Source of the DNA: an uncultured Gemmatimonadales bacterium
Lineage (GTDB): Bacteria; Gemmatimonadota; Gemmatimonadetes; Longimicrobiales; RSA9
Length of the DNA: 64,000 bases
Direction of reading: 5' to 3'
NCBI GenBank assembly: GCA_963798085.1
Contig: CAWCRS010000003.1
Coordinates: 256,001-320,000 of the forward strand
Shown: piece after piece, positions 39,702-50,505 of the stretch
How the letters are laid out: each line of letters starts with the position of its first letter
Position numbering within the stretch: position 1 is the first letter of the stretch
Translations under genes and position numbers: made by a program
Notes under the pieces: model-generated
Database searches by the model: none
Seen by the model: the letters and a program-made list of their open reading frames with translations, nothing else
Told to the model about the DNA's origin: nothing

Positions 39702-42557
39702 TTATCGGGCTGGGGCGTCAACCCCGCTACGGACGCCGCCGCGCGCCGGGGCGGAGGATGTGTCCGGCTTGAGCAGTGCATCCGCCCGTTTGCTCGCCTC
39801 CGCAACCAGCCCGTTGGCGCGATCGTCCGCTTCCTTCTCGAGCTTCGTCGCCTTGTCGTCGCCTTCCTTGCGGATGCGGTCGGCCACAGGCTTTGCGGCG
39901 GCGCGCGCGAGGTCGCTCTTCGCCGCGGCCAGCACGTCATCGGCACGGCGGTTCGCTTCGGCGCGCACCTCGTCGCCCAGGCGCTTCGCCTGTGCCCGGA
40001 TGGTGTCGGCGCGCACCTGCGCCTCGGCAATGAGGCTGTCGGCCCTCGCCTGCGCCTGGCGTCTTGCCGCTTCCTTCGTCGAGTCGACGCGCTCCTTCGC
40101 CTCCGTCGTCTTCTGCTCGACCGCGCTCCTGACAGCCTGTTGCGCCTGCTCCCCCACCGATGCCACGGCACTGCCCAGTCCTACGTCCAGCAATGGCGAT
40201 GTCACCGTACCGGTCACGTGAATGCCCAGACGCACGGAATCGGCAGCCTGCAGGTCGAGATCCGCCTTGCCTGCCTTCGTCGCCAGGTTCTGCAGGAACT
40301 GGTTGGCTGCATCACCCAGCACGCCACGCGGCGCGACCAGGTCGAGCGCATAGTCCAGTGACTGATCAATGCCGTTCGAACCGCTGACCTGCAGGCCGAA
40401 GTCGCCGGCACTCACGTGGAACGGCTTCACGAACAGCCGGCCATCGCGAATCGAGAAGCTGGAGCGGATCGCGTCCAGTGTGGGATTGCTGAGGCGGGGG
40501 ACTTTCAAGGTCTCGGAAAGCTTCTGCATCAGCGGGAACCCTTCCAGCGCGATGCGCGACGTGCGGAGCGAGCCGCTGCCGTCGAGTACGTCGAACAGCG
40601 GTGTGAGGTCGTGCGCCAGCGCGCCACTCAGGCTCAGCTGCGTCGAGAACGTGCCCTGTGCATAACGTGCGACGGGCGCGAGTGTACGCACGGTCAGCAG
40701 CGCCGCCGATGCGTCGTGGATGTTGAGCGAATCGATGTTCAGGTTGACGGCGAAATTCGGACGCGTCGTGTCGACTGTCTCATAGAAGCCGCGCACGCCC
40801 ATGCGTCCGCCCAGCGTCTCGAACGTGAAGTTCTCGAGCGTGAGCCGCTGCTCCCTCACGCGCACGCTGCCGCGCGCGTTCGCCATCTGCAGGGCGCCGT
40901 AGCTGAGCTGCGCGATCGTGCCATCGAGCGTGAGATCGAGCAGCGGCGGCACGGGAATCACCTCCAGCCCGGGCTGATCCGACTTCCACTCATCCAGCAC
41001 GAAGCGCTGGCTGGCGAATGTCGCGGTGGCACGCAGCGGCTCGCCGTGCATGAGGAAGCCGGGCAGGTTGTCGATCCCGCCTGTGGCCTGCAGATCGCTG
41101 CTGCCCAGTTGTGCGCGGAACGCATCCAGGCTGGTGCGGCGAGGTGAGAGCGCGATGCGCGCTTCCGCGATGGCCACGGGCTGGCGCAGCTGCGCCGTTT
41201 CGACACGCACCCCCTGTGCGGAGACAGTGCCGTGCGCGGCAATGCGATCGTAGCGTGCGTTCGCGACATCGGAGCGCCTTGCCGCGAGCGCTGCGTCGGC
41301 CGTCACGACACCGGCCAGCTGCTTCACACCTTCGAGCTTCATGGTGCGCCCCAGCTCGGCCAGATCGAGCGTGCCTTTGACGTTCGCGTCGACGTACGGA
41401 TCGGACACCGGCGTGCGCAGCGTGAGCGTCGCATCGAGCGGGTGCGCGCCGATTTCGGCGTGAAAGCGTCGCAGATTCACGACCGTGCTGTCCGCTGAGC
41501 CGCCCGGATTGGCGACAGCCAGGTCGAGCGCGATGGCGTGCGCTGCCTGCGGCAGGTCCGGGTAGCGGAACATGCCATCGCTCACGCGCACGTGGAGCGC
41601 GAACGCGGGCACGACGTCCTTCGCAAGGGTGCCGTGCACATGGCCGTCCAGTGCGAAGGTGCCCGAGGTCTGGAGCGACTGGTAGTCGTGCGCGTACACC
41701 GCGGGCACCAGCGACAGGATCTCCTTGAACGCGGTACCCGGCGCATCGAATTTCACGTCGAGCGCAAACGCGCTGTCAGAGCGGGCGGCCGTACCGTCGA
41801 AACGCAGCGCCAGACCGTTCAACTGCAGCGTATTGTCACGGAACGCAAACCGCTGGTTAGCCAGGTCCGCGTCCACGTCCGCCTGGAAATCCAGCGCCAC
41901 GCCGTCGAGCCACGGCGTGCCGGCATAACGGACCGTGGTGTGGTCCGCGTGCGTCCGCGTGCGCACACCCAGGCTGTCCCGGGCGAAGTCGCCGCTGAGC
42001 GTCTCGTGCAGTCCGTCCAGCGAGGCCATCAGTCCCGAGTGGGCGTCATGATAGGCGACACTGCCGTCCGCCAGCTCGAAATCGCGCAGCGCGACGTTCA
42101 GCGCACGCTTCGATTCCGTCGCTGGCCCGGCCGCGGTGGGCGGCTGCGGCTTCATGATGTCCCAGTTGGCGCTGCCATCGGCGAGCGCCTGCAGCCGCAG
42201 CACCGGCTGCTGCACACGGATCGAGCGCACGACGATCGGGCTGCCATGCATCAGGCTGCCCAGCACGCTCCCGAGGTCCAGCACCAGGCGGAAGCTCTGC
42301 ACGGACGCCAGTGTGTCCCCCGCGAAGCGGTCGCGTCCCACCACCGTCAGCCCGTTGATGCCGAGCGTCACGTTCGGGAAATGGCGGAAGAAGCCCAGGC
42401 TGATTCCGCGCCAGTCCACCTGCGCCGTCACGGCGTCGTTCACGGCCGCGCGCGCCCTCGCCTCAATGCGGCCGCGGAAGAGGATCGGCACGATCAGCAG
42501 CGCGGCCAGCAGGCAGGCGAGGAGCAGGCCCGCGGTAATGAGCAGTTTCTTGCGCAC
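39702..42557 (-). CDS. AsmA-family protein with C-terminal coiled-coil
   Basis: N-terminal anchor, FFRHFPNV, DGSANWDI, C-terminal IRDGRLFVKPF..SGSNGIDQSLDY and an Ala/Glu/Lys-rich tail. Confidence 0.85.
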   Translation of the reverse strand: MRKKLLITAGLLLACLLAALLIVPILFRGRIEARARAAVNDAVTAQVDWRGISLGFFRHFPNVTLGINGLTVVGRDRFAGDTLASVQSFRLVLDLGSVLGSLMHGSPIVVRSIRVQQPVLRLQALADGSANWDIMKPQPPTAAGPATESKRALNVALRDFELADGSVAYHDAHSGLMASLDGLHETLSGDFARDSLGVRTRTHADHTTVRYAGTPWLDGVALDFQADVDADLANQRFAFRDNTLQLNGLALRFDGTAARSDSAFALDVKFDAPGTAFKEILSLVPAVYAHDYQSLQTSGTFALDGHVHGTLAKDVVPAFALHVRVSDGMFRYPDLPQAAHAIALDLAVANPGGSADSTVVNLRRFHAEIGAHPLDATLTLRTPVSDPYVDANVKGTLDLAELGRTMKLEGVKQLAGVVTADAALAARRSDVANARYDRIAAHGTVSAQGVRVETAQLRQPVAIAEARIALSPRRTSLDAFRAQLGSSDLQATGGIDNLPGFLMHGEPLRATATFASQRFVLDEWKSDQPGLEVIPVPPLLDLTLDGTIAQLSYGALQMANARGSVRVREQRLTLENFTFETLGGRMGVRGFYETVDTTRPNFAVNLNIDSLNIHDASAALLTVRTLAPVARYAQGTFSTQLSLSGALAHDLTPLFDVLDGSGSLRTSRIALEGFPLMQKLSETLKVPRLSNPTLDAIRSSFSIRDGRLFVKPFHVSAGDFGLQVSGSNGIDQSLDYALDLVAPRGVLGDAANQFLQNLATKAGKADLDLQAADSVRLGIHVTGTVTSPLLDVGLGSAVASVGEQAQQAVRSAVEQKTTEAKERVDSTKEAARRQAQARADSLIAEAQVRADTIRAQAKRLGDEVRAEANRRADDVLAAAKSDLARAAAKPVADRIRKEGDDKATKLEKEADDRANGLVAEASKRADALLKPDTSSAPARGGVRSGVDAPAR

Positions 42558-42698
42558 GTTCACATCGATCCGGGCTGGCATGTTTGGCCGTTGGCAAGTG
42601 CACTCATGTGCGACGCGATGCACCTTGCGTTCCAGCGTACACCTGTACGCTGCCTGTTGGCCCACGCGCGCCGCGCGCCGAGGGTCGCTGCCGGACAG

Positions 42699-45330
42699 TC
42701 AGTGGATGAGCTGGCGGTACGCAGCCGCACGAGCATTCATGCCCATATCATCGAGCATCCCGGCGGCGGTGTTCAGCTGCGAGCGCGAGTCGGCATCGAG
42801 TTCCGCACCGCGCAGCAGCGCGAGGTTGCGGTCGAACAATCGGTCGGCCGCTTCGGTGTGGCCGCGGAGAGCACTGCTCAGAGCGATCCATGTCCCGGCG
42901 GCGAGAGTCCAGGCGTGATGCGCGCCGAGCGTCGCGGTCCAGCTGTCGACGGCGGAGCGAAGCGCCGGTTCCGCCTCGGCAGGACGTCCATGGCGGGCGA
43001 GCGTCATGCCGAGAGCCATGAATGCGTTGCCGATCCGCCAGTGGCCGTCAGGCCATGTCTCGCGACTGATCCGGATGCGGTCACGCAGCACGGCGAGCCC
43101 TTCGTCCAGTCGGCCACCCCTCACGAGCGCACCGGCGAGATTGCCCATCAGCAGGAGCGTCCGTGGATGGCCGGCGCCGAAGATGGCGGACTGCATGTCG
43201 ACGGATGCGCGGTAGAGTGAGGCGGCCTCGTCGAAGTCTCCTTTGCGCGTGAGCAGGAAGGCGAGGTTGTTCATTGTGAAAACGAGGTCGGCGTTGGTAC
43301 TCCCGAGTGTGGCCCGTTGCCGGGCGAGCACGTCGCGGTAGATCCGCTCGGCGGCATCGAGGTTGCCTTGTGCGCGCAGAGTCACGGCAAACGTGTTCAG
43401 CAGTCCGAGGTACGACGCGCCCGTAGTGTCGCCATGTGCGCGGGTGAGTTCGAGCGACCGGTGCACCAGCACAGCCGCGGAGTCGGCATTGCCCAGTTCG
43501 CGCAACGCGGTGCTCAGCCCGGCAAGCGTGCCCGCCAGGCGCGCGTCCTGACCGCTGTCGACTGCGAGCCGGATCGTCAGTGCACGCGTGTAGCCCGCGC
43601 GGGCCAGCTCGAAGTTGCGCCACTGCAGGAAGTTCAGCGCGAGTGCATCGAAACCGTCGGCAACCCGTGCATCATATTTCCCGTACAGCTGCTGGCGCAG
43701 CTTGATGGCATCGGTGAGCATCGTATCTGCGATCTCGTGACGGCCGAGGCTGCTGTACACGTGGCCGATCGAGAGCAGGAGTTCGGCCTGAACAGCCGGC
43801 TGGTCGCCGAGTTCGCTCGCAATGCGCTGCTTGCCGCGCTCCAGCAGGACGCGCGCGCTCACGGAATCACCGAGCGTTTCCTCTGGGTCGCTGCCACTGA
43901 AGATGTCCGTGAGGAAGGATGTGACCTGTCGAGCGGTCTCGGATTCCTGCTTTGCCGACTTCGCGGCTGCCTCTGCGCGCTGGCGTTCCCGCTCGGTTTC
44001 GGCCTGCTTCACGACGACAGTCGCGATCCAGCCCACCACCAGCAGAGCGACTGCGATCGAAGCCGATGCAACGCCGCGGTTTCGTTGCACGAACTTGCGA
44101 ACCCGGTATGTCGCATTGCCTCGGCGGGCGCGAACCGGTCGGCCATCGAGGTATCGGCGCAGGTCATCGCCGAGCGATTCCGCCGATCCATACCGCGACT
44201 CCGGTTCTTTGCGCATCGCTTTCAGCACGATCGCGTCCAGGTCGCGGGAGAGCGACGCTCGTCTCGCCGCGGCCGTGGCTCTTCCCGCGCTGCGCGCGGT
44301 GTCCGGAGCGACCGCGCGCCCCGGCTCCGGCGTTTCGCCGGTGTTCCTGCGTCGCACGACGGCCGACGGCGGTTCGGGATCGCTCTCGCACACCGCCTGC
44401 TCGATCGAGTGGCGACTCTGCTCGCTCGATTCGTACGGCCAATGTCCGGTGAGCAGCTCGTACAGCAGGACGCCCAGCGCATAGACGTCGGACGCGGTGG
44501 TGATGCGCTCGCCGCGAATCTGTTCGGGCGCGGCATACTGCGGCGTCATCGGGCGGAGACCGGGACGGGTCAGCGTCGTCGTATCGGGCTCGTCCGGATC
44601 GAGGAGCTTCGCAATGCCGAAGTCCAGCAGCCGCACGCGGCCGTCCGGCGTAACCAGGATGTTGTCCGGCTTGAGATCTCGATGGACGATCAGGTTGCGG
44701 TGCGCGAACTGAACCGCATCGACCACCTGCAGTACGAGACGGATGCGGTCAGCTGATGGACAGGTCGTGCCGGTCGCAGTGGCGATCGATGCGCTCGCCC
44801 TCAATGTACTCCATGACCAGATAAGGACGACCATCGTGCGCAATGCCACCGTCCTGGATGCGCACAATCCCCGGATGCTCGAGGCCGGCGAGGATCTGTC
44901 GCTCCTTGTGGAATCGCCGGCCGGGCTCGCCCGACGCGAAGTCGCGCAGCAGCACCTTGATGGCTACACGCTGCTGGAACTGTCCATCGGCGCGCTCACC
45001 CAGATGGACCGTGCTCATGCCACCGCGCCCGATCTCGTTCAGCACGCGGTACGCGCCCAGCCTCTGGCCTTCGAGTGACAGTGGCGTCTCCACTCCGGCC
45101 TCGAAGACCAGATCCGCCGCATCGCCGTCGAGGAAATCCGGCGCATTCCGGTCCGCCGCCAGCAGCGACTCGACATCGGCGCGCAGCCCTGCATCCCCTG
45201 CGCACGCCGTGTCGAGGAAGGCGCTCAGTTCGTCAGCCTCGAGATCGAGCGCGCCATCGAGCAACTGCTCCACGCGCAGCCAATGCTGTTTTCGTTCATT
45301 CACGACAACATCCGGCGAATGCGGATTCAT
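42699..45330 (-). CDS. Membrane Ser/Thr kinase with TPR repeats, +1 frameshift near 44754
   Basis: IGRGGMSTV, VAIK, HRDLKPDN, DFG, TPQYAAPEQ, one TM segment, then TPR repeats. Confidence 0.92.
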
Positions 45331-45899
45331 TGCGGATCGATATCTGCCCCCAGCTCGCGACTCAGCCAGGCCCTGGCCTTGCGCCATTCGCGCTGCACCG
45401 TGCGCACGGACACGTCGAAGACAGCCGCGATCTCCTCTTCGGTCAGTCCCGCAAAGAAACGGTACTCGACGATCCGCGCGAGACGCGGACTCACGCTATC
45501 CAGCTCGGCAAGCGCGTCGTCCAGCGCGATCAATCGTGCGGCATCGCGATCGGCCGGTATGCGCTCCTCATCGAACGTCACGTGCGTCCTGCCGGCTCCC
45601 CGCTTCCCGGCCTGCCGCGCGCGCGCGTGGTCGATCAGCACCTGTCGCATCGCACGCGCCGCGACCGCCATGAAGTGCTTCCGGTTCGACCAGTCCTCGC
45701 TCTGGCCCACCAGCTTGAGCCAGGCCTCGTGCACCAGCGCCGTCGGATTGAGCGTGTGACCCTCCCGCTCGTGCCGCAGCTTCTGTCTCGCCATGGCCCG
45801 CAATTCGTCGTATACCACTGTGAACAGACGGTCCGTCGCGGAATCGTCGCCGCTCCGGATCCCGTGCAGCAGCGTGCTGACTTCGAGGGAGCCGGCCAT
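45327..45899 (-). CDS. ECF sigma factor, kinase-associated type (ECF43-like)
   Basis: VYDELR.MA, HTLNPTALVHEAWLKL, AMRQVLIDHAR..KRG, RFFAGLT..EIA..RTVQREW..ARAWL. ATGA overlap with the kinase. Confidence 0.9.
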   Translation of the reverse strand: MAGSLEVSTLLHGIRSGDDSATDRLFTVVYDELRAMARQKLRHEREGHTLNPTALVHEAWLKLVGQSEDWSNRKHFMAVAARAMRQVLIDHARARQAGKRGAGRTHVTFDEERIPADRDAARLIALDDALAELDSVSPRLARIVEYRFFAGLTEEEIAAVFDVSVRTVQREWRKARAWLSRELGADIDPQ

Positions 45900-46028
45900 C
45901 GTTGTCGCGTGGAGGGCTCTCCGTTCCGGGCCGTGGGCGGCCCGGCGTGCGGAGCCGTGCGCAGAATGGGAGCAATGTAGGCTCCATGACACGATCCGGC
46001 GATGTCGGGCCACCCACGATGTGTTTCA

Positions 46029-48062
46029 TCAGCCCGGCTGGCAGTGATCCGACACCTTGTCGGGCGGCGGGATGTACGTGGGTGCGATGCAGCCCCGCGC
46101 GATGGTCGGGCCGAAGCCGAAAACGAGCGCGAACAGCGCGTTCGCGCTCGTCACATTGCCGGTGAAGCTCGCCAGCGATTCGTTCGTGCCGGCGCTCTCC
46201 ATGACTACCGTGCCCACTTCGTTCACACCGCCGAACTTCTTGCTGCCGGCATCCAGGAAGTCGACGTAGTCGAAGCTGGCGTTGCTCTCGAAGAGCAGGA
46301 TGCCTTGCCACTTCGCGCCATCGCCCTGCAGCCGGATGCGGTCCGTCATCGTACCGACCGCCGTGAACGTGGAATTGCGGACGTTCAGATCCACGTCGCT
46401 GGCAAGGAACATCTCCACACCCTTTTCGATCGTGAAGCTCGTATGGTCGATCTCGAGCTCCTTGCCGATGAGTTGATAGGGAATGCCAATGTCGTGCACG
46501 GTCGTTTCCTGACTGATGGATCCGCCCGTGGTCTCCACCGTCAGCCGATCGAAGTCGTTGCCGGAGTACGATCCGTTCGCGGTGACCGCGTTGACGTGCG
46601 TTGCGGCGATGTACGCGGGGCCGAGCGCGTTCGCCGTGAGCGTGTTGCCCGTGAACTCGTCGACCGAGACGTCACTCGCACGCGTGAACAGGCCGTACCC
46701 CGCGCTCAGCTGCAGCACGGTGTTGCGCAGGCGCAGGCGAGTCGGGTCACTGCCGGTACCCAGCTTCAGGTCAGCTGGCTGGAGCGTACCACTGCCGCCA
46801 GGGCCGCCGCCGTACTCGATGACGACGTGGTCGAGCACGAATTCCCCGCCTTCGATCTGCAGGCCGCGCCAGGATCCACGTGTGTGCTGCGCGCCCGTCA
46901 GCCGGATCGGCGCCTGGGCCGTGCCCATCGCCATCAGGCTCCCGCCACTCACCGTCATCGCCTGATCCTGCTCGAACTCGAGGACCGCGCCCGGGCCGAG
47001 CGTGAGCGTTCCCTGGACTCCGAACTTCTTCGGATTCGCCAGGATGTGGTACGGCTCGCCGAGTGCGTTCCAGGACACGTTCGAATCCAGATCGTCCGCG
47101 ACGACATCCACGTCATCACGATCATTGCCGGTCATGAGCGGCGGCGTTGGAGCACTGCCGAGAAGGTGCGCGACGGATGCCCACACGTAGGCCGCACCCA
47201 GCGCATTCTTCGTGATCGAACCGCCCTGGTATCCGCCCGGGATCGAGCTGTCGAAATGCAGGTCCAGACCGTAGCCCGCACTCTCCTGCAGCGTCACGTT
47301 GACGAGTACCGTCTGCGCCCCCTGCACCAGAGCCAGGTTCGCGGGCTGGATGCCACCGCCGGCTCCGTGTCCGCCGCCGTACTCGATCGTCGTGTTCTCG
47401 ATGCGGTTGGACGCGTGCTGTGTGATTTCCATCTGGATGCCATCCCAGATCCCACGCGTGGGCGTGATCCCGGAGATCCGGATCGGCTTCGCGGCCGTAC
47501 CCGCAGCGTTCAGCCCCGCCGTGGCCGTCACGAGGAGCCTCCCCTGATCGAAGCCGACGACGACACCCGGCTCGATCGTCAGAAGCGCACCGTTCACGGT
47601 GACCGACTGCTTTGCCTCGTAGTCGAAACAGATCGGATCGGCGATCCAGTCCTGCCACGTCGTGTTCGCATTGATGCTGCTCGCCGCTGCGCGCGGCAGC
47701 GGACACCCTGCGACCGTCAGCTGGATCGAGCCCTGAATCGTCGGCGCAGCCGTGCTCGTGGCCGTAATCGTCACACTGCCCTGCGTGACACCGGTGACCG
47801 TGCCGCTCTGGTCCACCGTCGCGATATTCACGTTACTGCTCGTCCACGTCACACCCTGAGCGGATCCGGACGGCACCACGGTCGCCGTCAGCTGCACCGT
47901 GCCGGTCACGATCAGGCTGGTGGCCGAAGCCGTGACGTTTACGCCGGTCACATTCACACCCGTTGGCGTGCCGGTCGGGCTGGGGCTTTTGCAGCCGAAG
48001 CTGAACGCGCTGAGGAGAAGGAGCGCGCGCCCAGCGCGCACGCAGTGCGGATTTCGGGACAT
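46029..48062 (-). CDS. Lipoprotein with Big_2 domain and beta-helix-like repeats
   Basis: Lipobox SFGC, VTWTSSNVNIATVDQSG, three 'LTIEPG...G.L.A.GT...PI...G..W.GI' repeats. SD GGAGG. Confidence 0.82.
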   Translation of the reverse strand: MSRNPHCVRAGRALLLLSAFSFGCKSPSPTGTPTGVNVTGVNVTASATSLIVTGTVQLTATVVPSGSAQGVTWTSSNVNIATVDQSGTVTGVTQGSVTITATSTAAPTIQGSIQLTVAGCPLPRAAASSINANTTWQDWIADPICFDYEAKQSVTVNGALLTIEPGVVVGFDQGRLLVTATAGLNAAGTAAKPIRISGITPTRGIWDGIQMEITQHASNRIENTTIEYGGGHGAGGGIQPANLALVQGAQTVLVNVTLQESAGYGLDLHFDSSIPGGYQGGSITKNALGAAYVWASVAHLLGSAPTPPLMTGNDRDDVDVVADDLDSNVSWNALGEPYHILANPKKFGVQGTLTLGPGAVLEFEQDQAMTVSGGSLMAMGTAQAPIRLTGAQHTRGSWRGLQIEGGEFVLDHVVIEYGGGPGGSGTLQPADLKLGTGSDPTRLRLRNTVLQLSAGYGLFTRASDVSVDEFTGNTLTANALGPAYIAATHVNAVTANGSYSGNDFDRLTVETTGGSISQETTVHDIGIPYQLIGKELEIDHTSFTIEKGVEMFLASDVDLNVRNSTFTAVGTMTDRIRLQGDGAKWQGILLFESNASFDYVDFLDAGSKKFGGVNEVGTVVMESAGTNESLASFTGNVTSANALFALVFGFGPTIARGCIAPTYIPPPDKVSDHCQPG

Positions 48063-48254
48063 GAGAGCCTCCGGTCACAGGCGGATGACGCTTGCCGTCC
48101 GCGCCCGGCGCGGACGGGCGACTCACCTGTCAAGCGGAGATTTCGACCAGATGACGACACGGGCCGCGGTTCAGCCCTGGAAGTCCAGCGCCACACCGTC
48201 GACCCAACGGTGTGTGCCGGCCTTGAAGAACAGCGCGACGCCGGCGAGCAACGT

Positions 48255-48815
48255 TCAACCGGCCCGCTTGCGCGCTCGCTTCCTTGCGGGCTTCCCTGCC
48301 AGCTCGCGCTTCACATCGTAACGCAGCAGCATCGTTCCGGTCCTCGGATAGAGGTGGTGACTCGCGAGCGCGAGGCGCGTGCGGACCGGCGTCTCTCCTA
48401 ACAAGGGTATGCCCCGGCCCAGCAGCACGGGAATCACTGCCACCTCGACGGCGTCCACCTGCCCCAGCTCGAGCAGGCTGCGGAACAGTATGCCGCCCCC
48501 GAACAGCGCGATTTCCTTTCCCGGCCGCGCACGCAGCTCCTCGAGCCTTTCCACAATCCCGTCACTGACCACGGTTACGCCTGGATGCTCCTCCGGCCGC
48601 AACGTGCGCGAGAACACCCACACTTCCATATCGTTCGCGCCGCCCTGCCGCGCGAAAGGCTCGTACGTGCGACGCCCCATCAGGAACGTGTCGAAGCGTG
48701 CCATCTGCGCGGCGAAATCAATGTCCGGGTCCATGGGAATCCAGTCGTACTCGCCGTTCGGTCCGGCAATGTAGCCGTCCAGACTGGCAGCGGCTCCGTA
48801 CGTGATGCGTCGCAT
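48255..48815 (-). CDS. Dihydrofolate reductase-like (RibD C-terminal) protein
   Basis: ASLDGYIAGP, LMGRRTYE, VFSRT, GGG.LF, IPVLLGRGIPL. Confidence 0.9.
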   Translation of the reverse strand: MRRITYGAAASLDGYIAGPNGEYDWIPMDPDIDFAAQMARFDTFLMGRRTYEPFARQGGANDMEVWVFSRTLRPEEHPGVTVVSDGIVERLEELRARPGKEIALFGGGILFRSLLELGQVDAVEVAVIPVLLGRGIPLLGETPVRTRLALASHHLYPRTGTMLLRYDVKRELAGKPARKRARKRAG

Positions 48816-48891
48816 GGGTCGCTCTCCGTGGCGGTGGTCGTCCTCGCCTGCGGCCGCTGCCGACTGGCGCGGCCGGCCCGGCGGGTCCATA

Positions 48892-48940
48892 CTGAATGTG
48901 CATTCAGAAATGCGGAACCTATATCTAAAAGTGCATTTAG
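48892..48940. promoter_or_regulatory. Two TetR-type operators in a divergent promoter
   Basis: CTGAATG-TG-CATTCAG (48892-48907) and CTAAAAG-TG-CATTTAG (48925-48940). Confidence 0.75.
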
Positions 48941-48959
48941 TTATCGTCAAGAGGTGTCG

Positions 48960-49577
48960 ATGAGCCCGCGCCCGCGCAAGGCCAGTGATGCGGAGATCTT
49001 CGCCGCGACTCAGCGCGTGATGATGCGCACGGGTCCGGGCGACCTGTCGCTGGCGCAGATCGCGGCTGAGGCGGGGATCACGGCGGGCGCGCTGGTGCAG
49101 CGCTTCGGTTCGCGCCACGCGCTGCTGCTTGCGGTGATGGACGAGTGGGCGGAGGGCACGGCCGCGATGCTGGAGGCCATGCGGCGGCGGCGGCGCTCGC
49201 CGCTGGCCACGGTGCTCTTCTACGCCGAGTGCATGGGCGGCATGGGCGAGAGTCCGCGCGCGCTCGCCAATCACCTTGCCTATCTCCAGCTCGACCTGAC
49301 CGACCCGTCGTTCCGGCAGCGCATGCTCAAGGCCGCCCATGCCACGCGATCGGCGCTGGAAGGCTGGCTGAAAGAGGCTGTTAGTGCGGGCGAATTGCGG
49401 CGCACTACGGAGACCGCCGGTTTGGCGCGCCTGGTGGAGATGGCGATCGGCGGCTCATTGCTCAACTGGGCGGTCTATCAGGAAGGAACGGCGGCGCGCT
49501 GGGTGCGGCAGGATCTCGAGACACTGCTGGCGCCACACCTGCAGACTCGACGGCGGCGGCGCCCCGATCCGGTGTGA
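48960..49577 (+). CDS. TetR/AcrR family regulator
   Basis: SLAQIAAEAGIT.GALVQRFGSR..LL. SD GAGG. Confidence 0.9.
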   Translation: MSPRPRKASDAEIFAATQRVMMRTGPGDLSLAQIAAEAGITAGALVQRFGSRHALLLAVMDEWAEGTAAMLEAMRRRRRSPLATVLFYAECMGGMGESPRALANHLAYLQLDLTDPSFRQRMLKAAHATRSALEGWLKEAVSAGELRRTTETAGLARLVEMAIGGSLLNWAVYQEGTAARWVRQDLETLLAPHLQTRRRRRPDPV

Positions 49578-49690
49578 CGCGAGCCTGGGCGCAAACGTGG
49601 GAGGTCAGACGTGTGCGACCCGTGTGCAGGTGCATGTGCCTTGCTGTTCGTGGAAACTCGGCCCGGCGTGATGGCTCTCGCAGCAACGGG

Positions 49691-50323
49691 ATGCGTGTGA
49701 TGGTCGACAACACGCAGGATACTGCACCGCGACAACGCCGCCTGCCGGTGGAAGCCATACTCGTCCTGGCGGGCGGTGGCCTGCTCTGGGCGGGAACGCG
49801 TTTCTCCGCCGCCATCCTGACGGGCCTCGGCATATTCGCGGTGGCGCTGGCCATGGGGCGCATCGGGAGCGAAATGCTCCGCACGCGCCGCGCTGATTTC
49901 CGCATGCAGAACTGGGGCCCGGGTCCTGTCGAGAGATACTCGGGTCTGGCCGCACAGCTCTATGGTGTCTGGTTCATCGGTGTGGGCCTCGGTTTCGCCG
50001 TCCTTGGTGTGGTCGCGATCACTTCGCGCGGCGGCATGGAAGGATTCTGGAAGGCCGTGGCTTCGACGCCGCAGGGTTGGGGCCTCGTGGTGATCGCCAT
50101 CGGTTTGCTGGTCGCCGTCCGCGGCGTCATCCGCATCCTCGCCGGCACGGCCGGCGTCGACTACGGTCTTCCGGGCGGTGTCGCGGGAACGCTGACGCGC
50201 GCGAACGGCGCGCTGGTCGTGCTGCTTGCCGCAGCAATGGTGGCGCTCGGGATCCTGCTGGTGCTCGTGCCCGGAGTGCTGCGCGCGCTGGCCGACCACA
50301 TCATCCGGCGGATCTTTCAGTAG
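49691..50323 (+). CDS. Hypothetical membrane protein
   Basis: About five hydrophobic segments in an otherwise unoccupied interval. Confidence 0.6.
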   Translation: MRVMVDNTQDTAPRQRRLPVEAILVLAGGGLLWAGTRFSAAILTGLGIFAVALAMGRIGSEMLRTRRADFRMQNWGPGPVERYSGLAAQLYGVWFIGVGLGFAVLGVVAITSRGGMEGFWKAVASTPQGWGLVVIAIGLLVAVRGVIRILAGTAGVDYGLPGGVAGTLTRANGALVVLLAAAMVALGILLVLVPGVLRALADHIIRRIFQ

Positions 50324-50418
50324 CGCGCGACGCTGGCGATCCGCGTGGGTGTGAACGCGGCCGTGTTCGGTGTGCTCGACCGGCTGTTCTTCCGGGCGCC
50401 GCGTACCTCATCGATCCA
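50324..50418 (+). pseudogene. Remnant of the first TM segment of an ADOP permease
   Basis: Reads TLAIRVGVNAAVFGVLDRLFFRAP then YLIDP after a shift, resembling the TLALGIGANTA.F.V...LL.PLPY..P motif of the intact ADOPs here. Confidence 0.55.
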
Positions 50419-50505
50419 CGGCGCTTCCCGCGTGGCGCGCCGCGCGCGTGGATCCGAACCGTTCGCTGGGGGTCGACCGCTGACGGCGCATTCGACAACA
50501 GCGTG

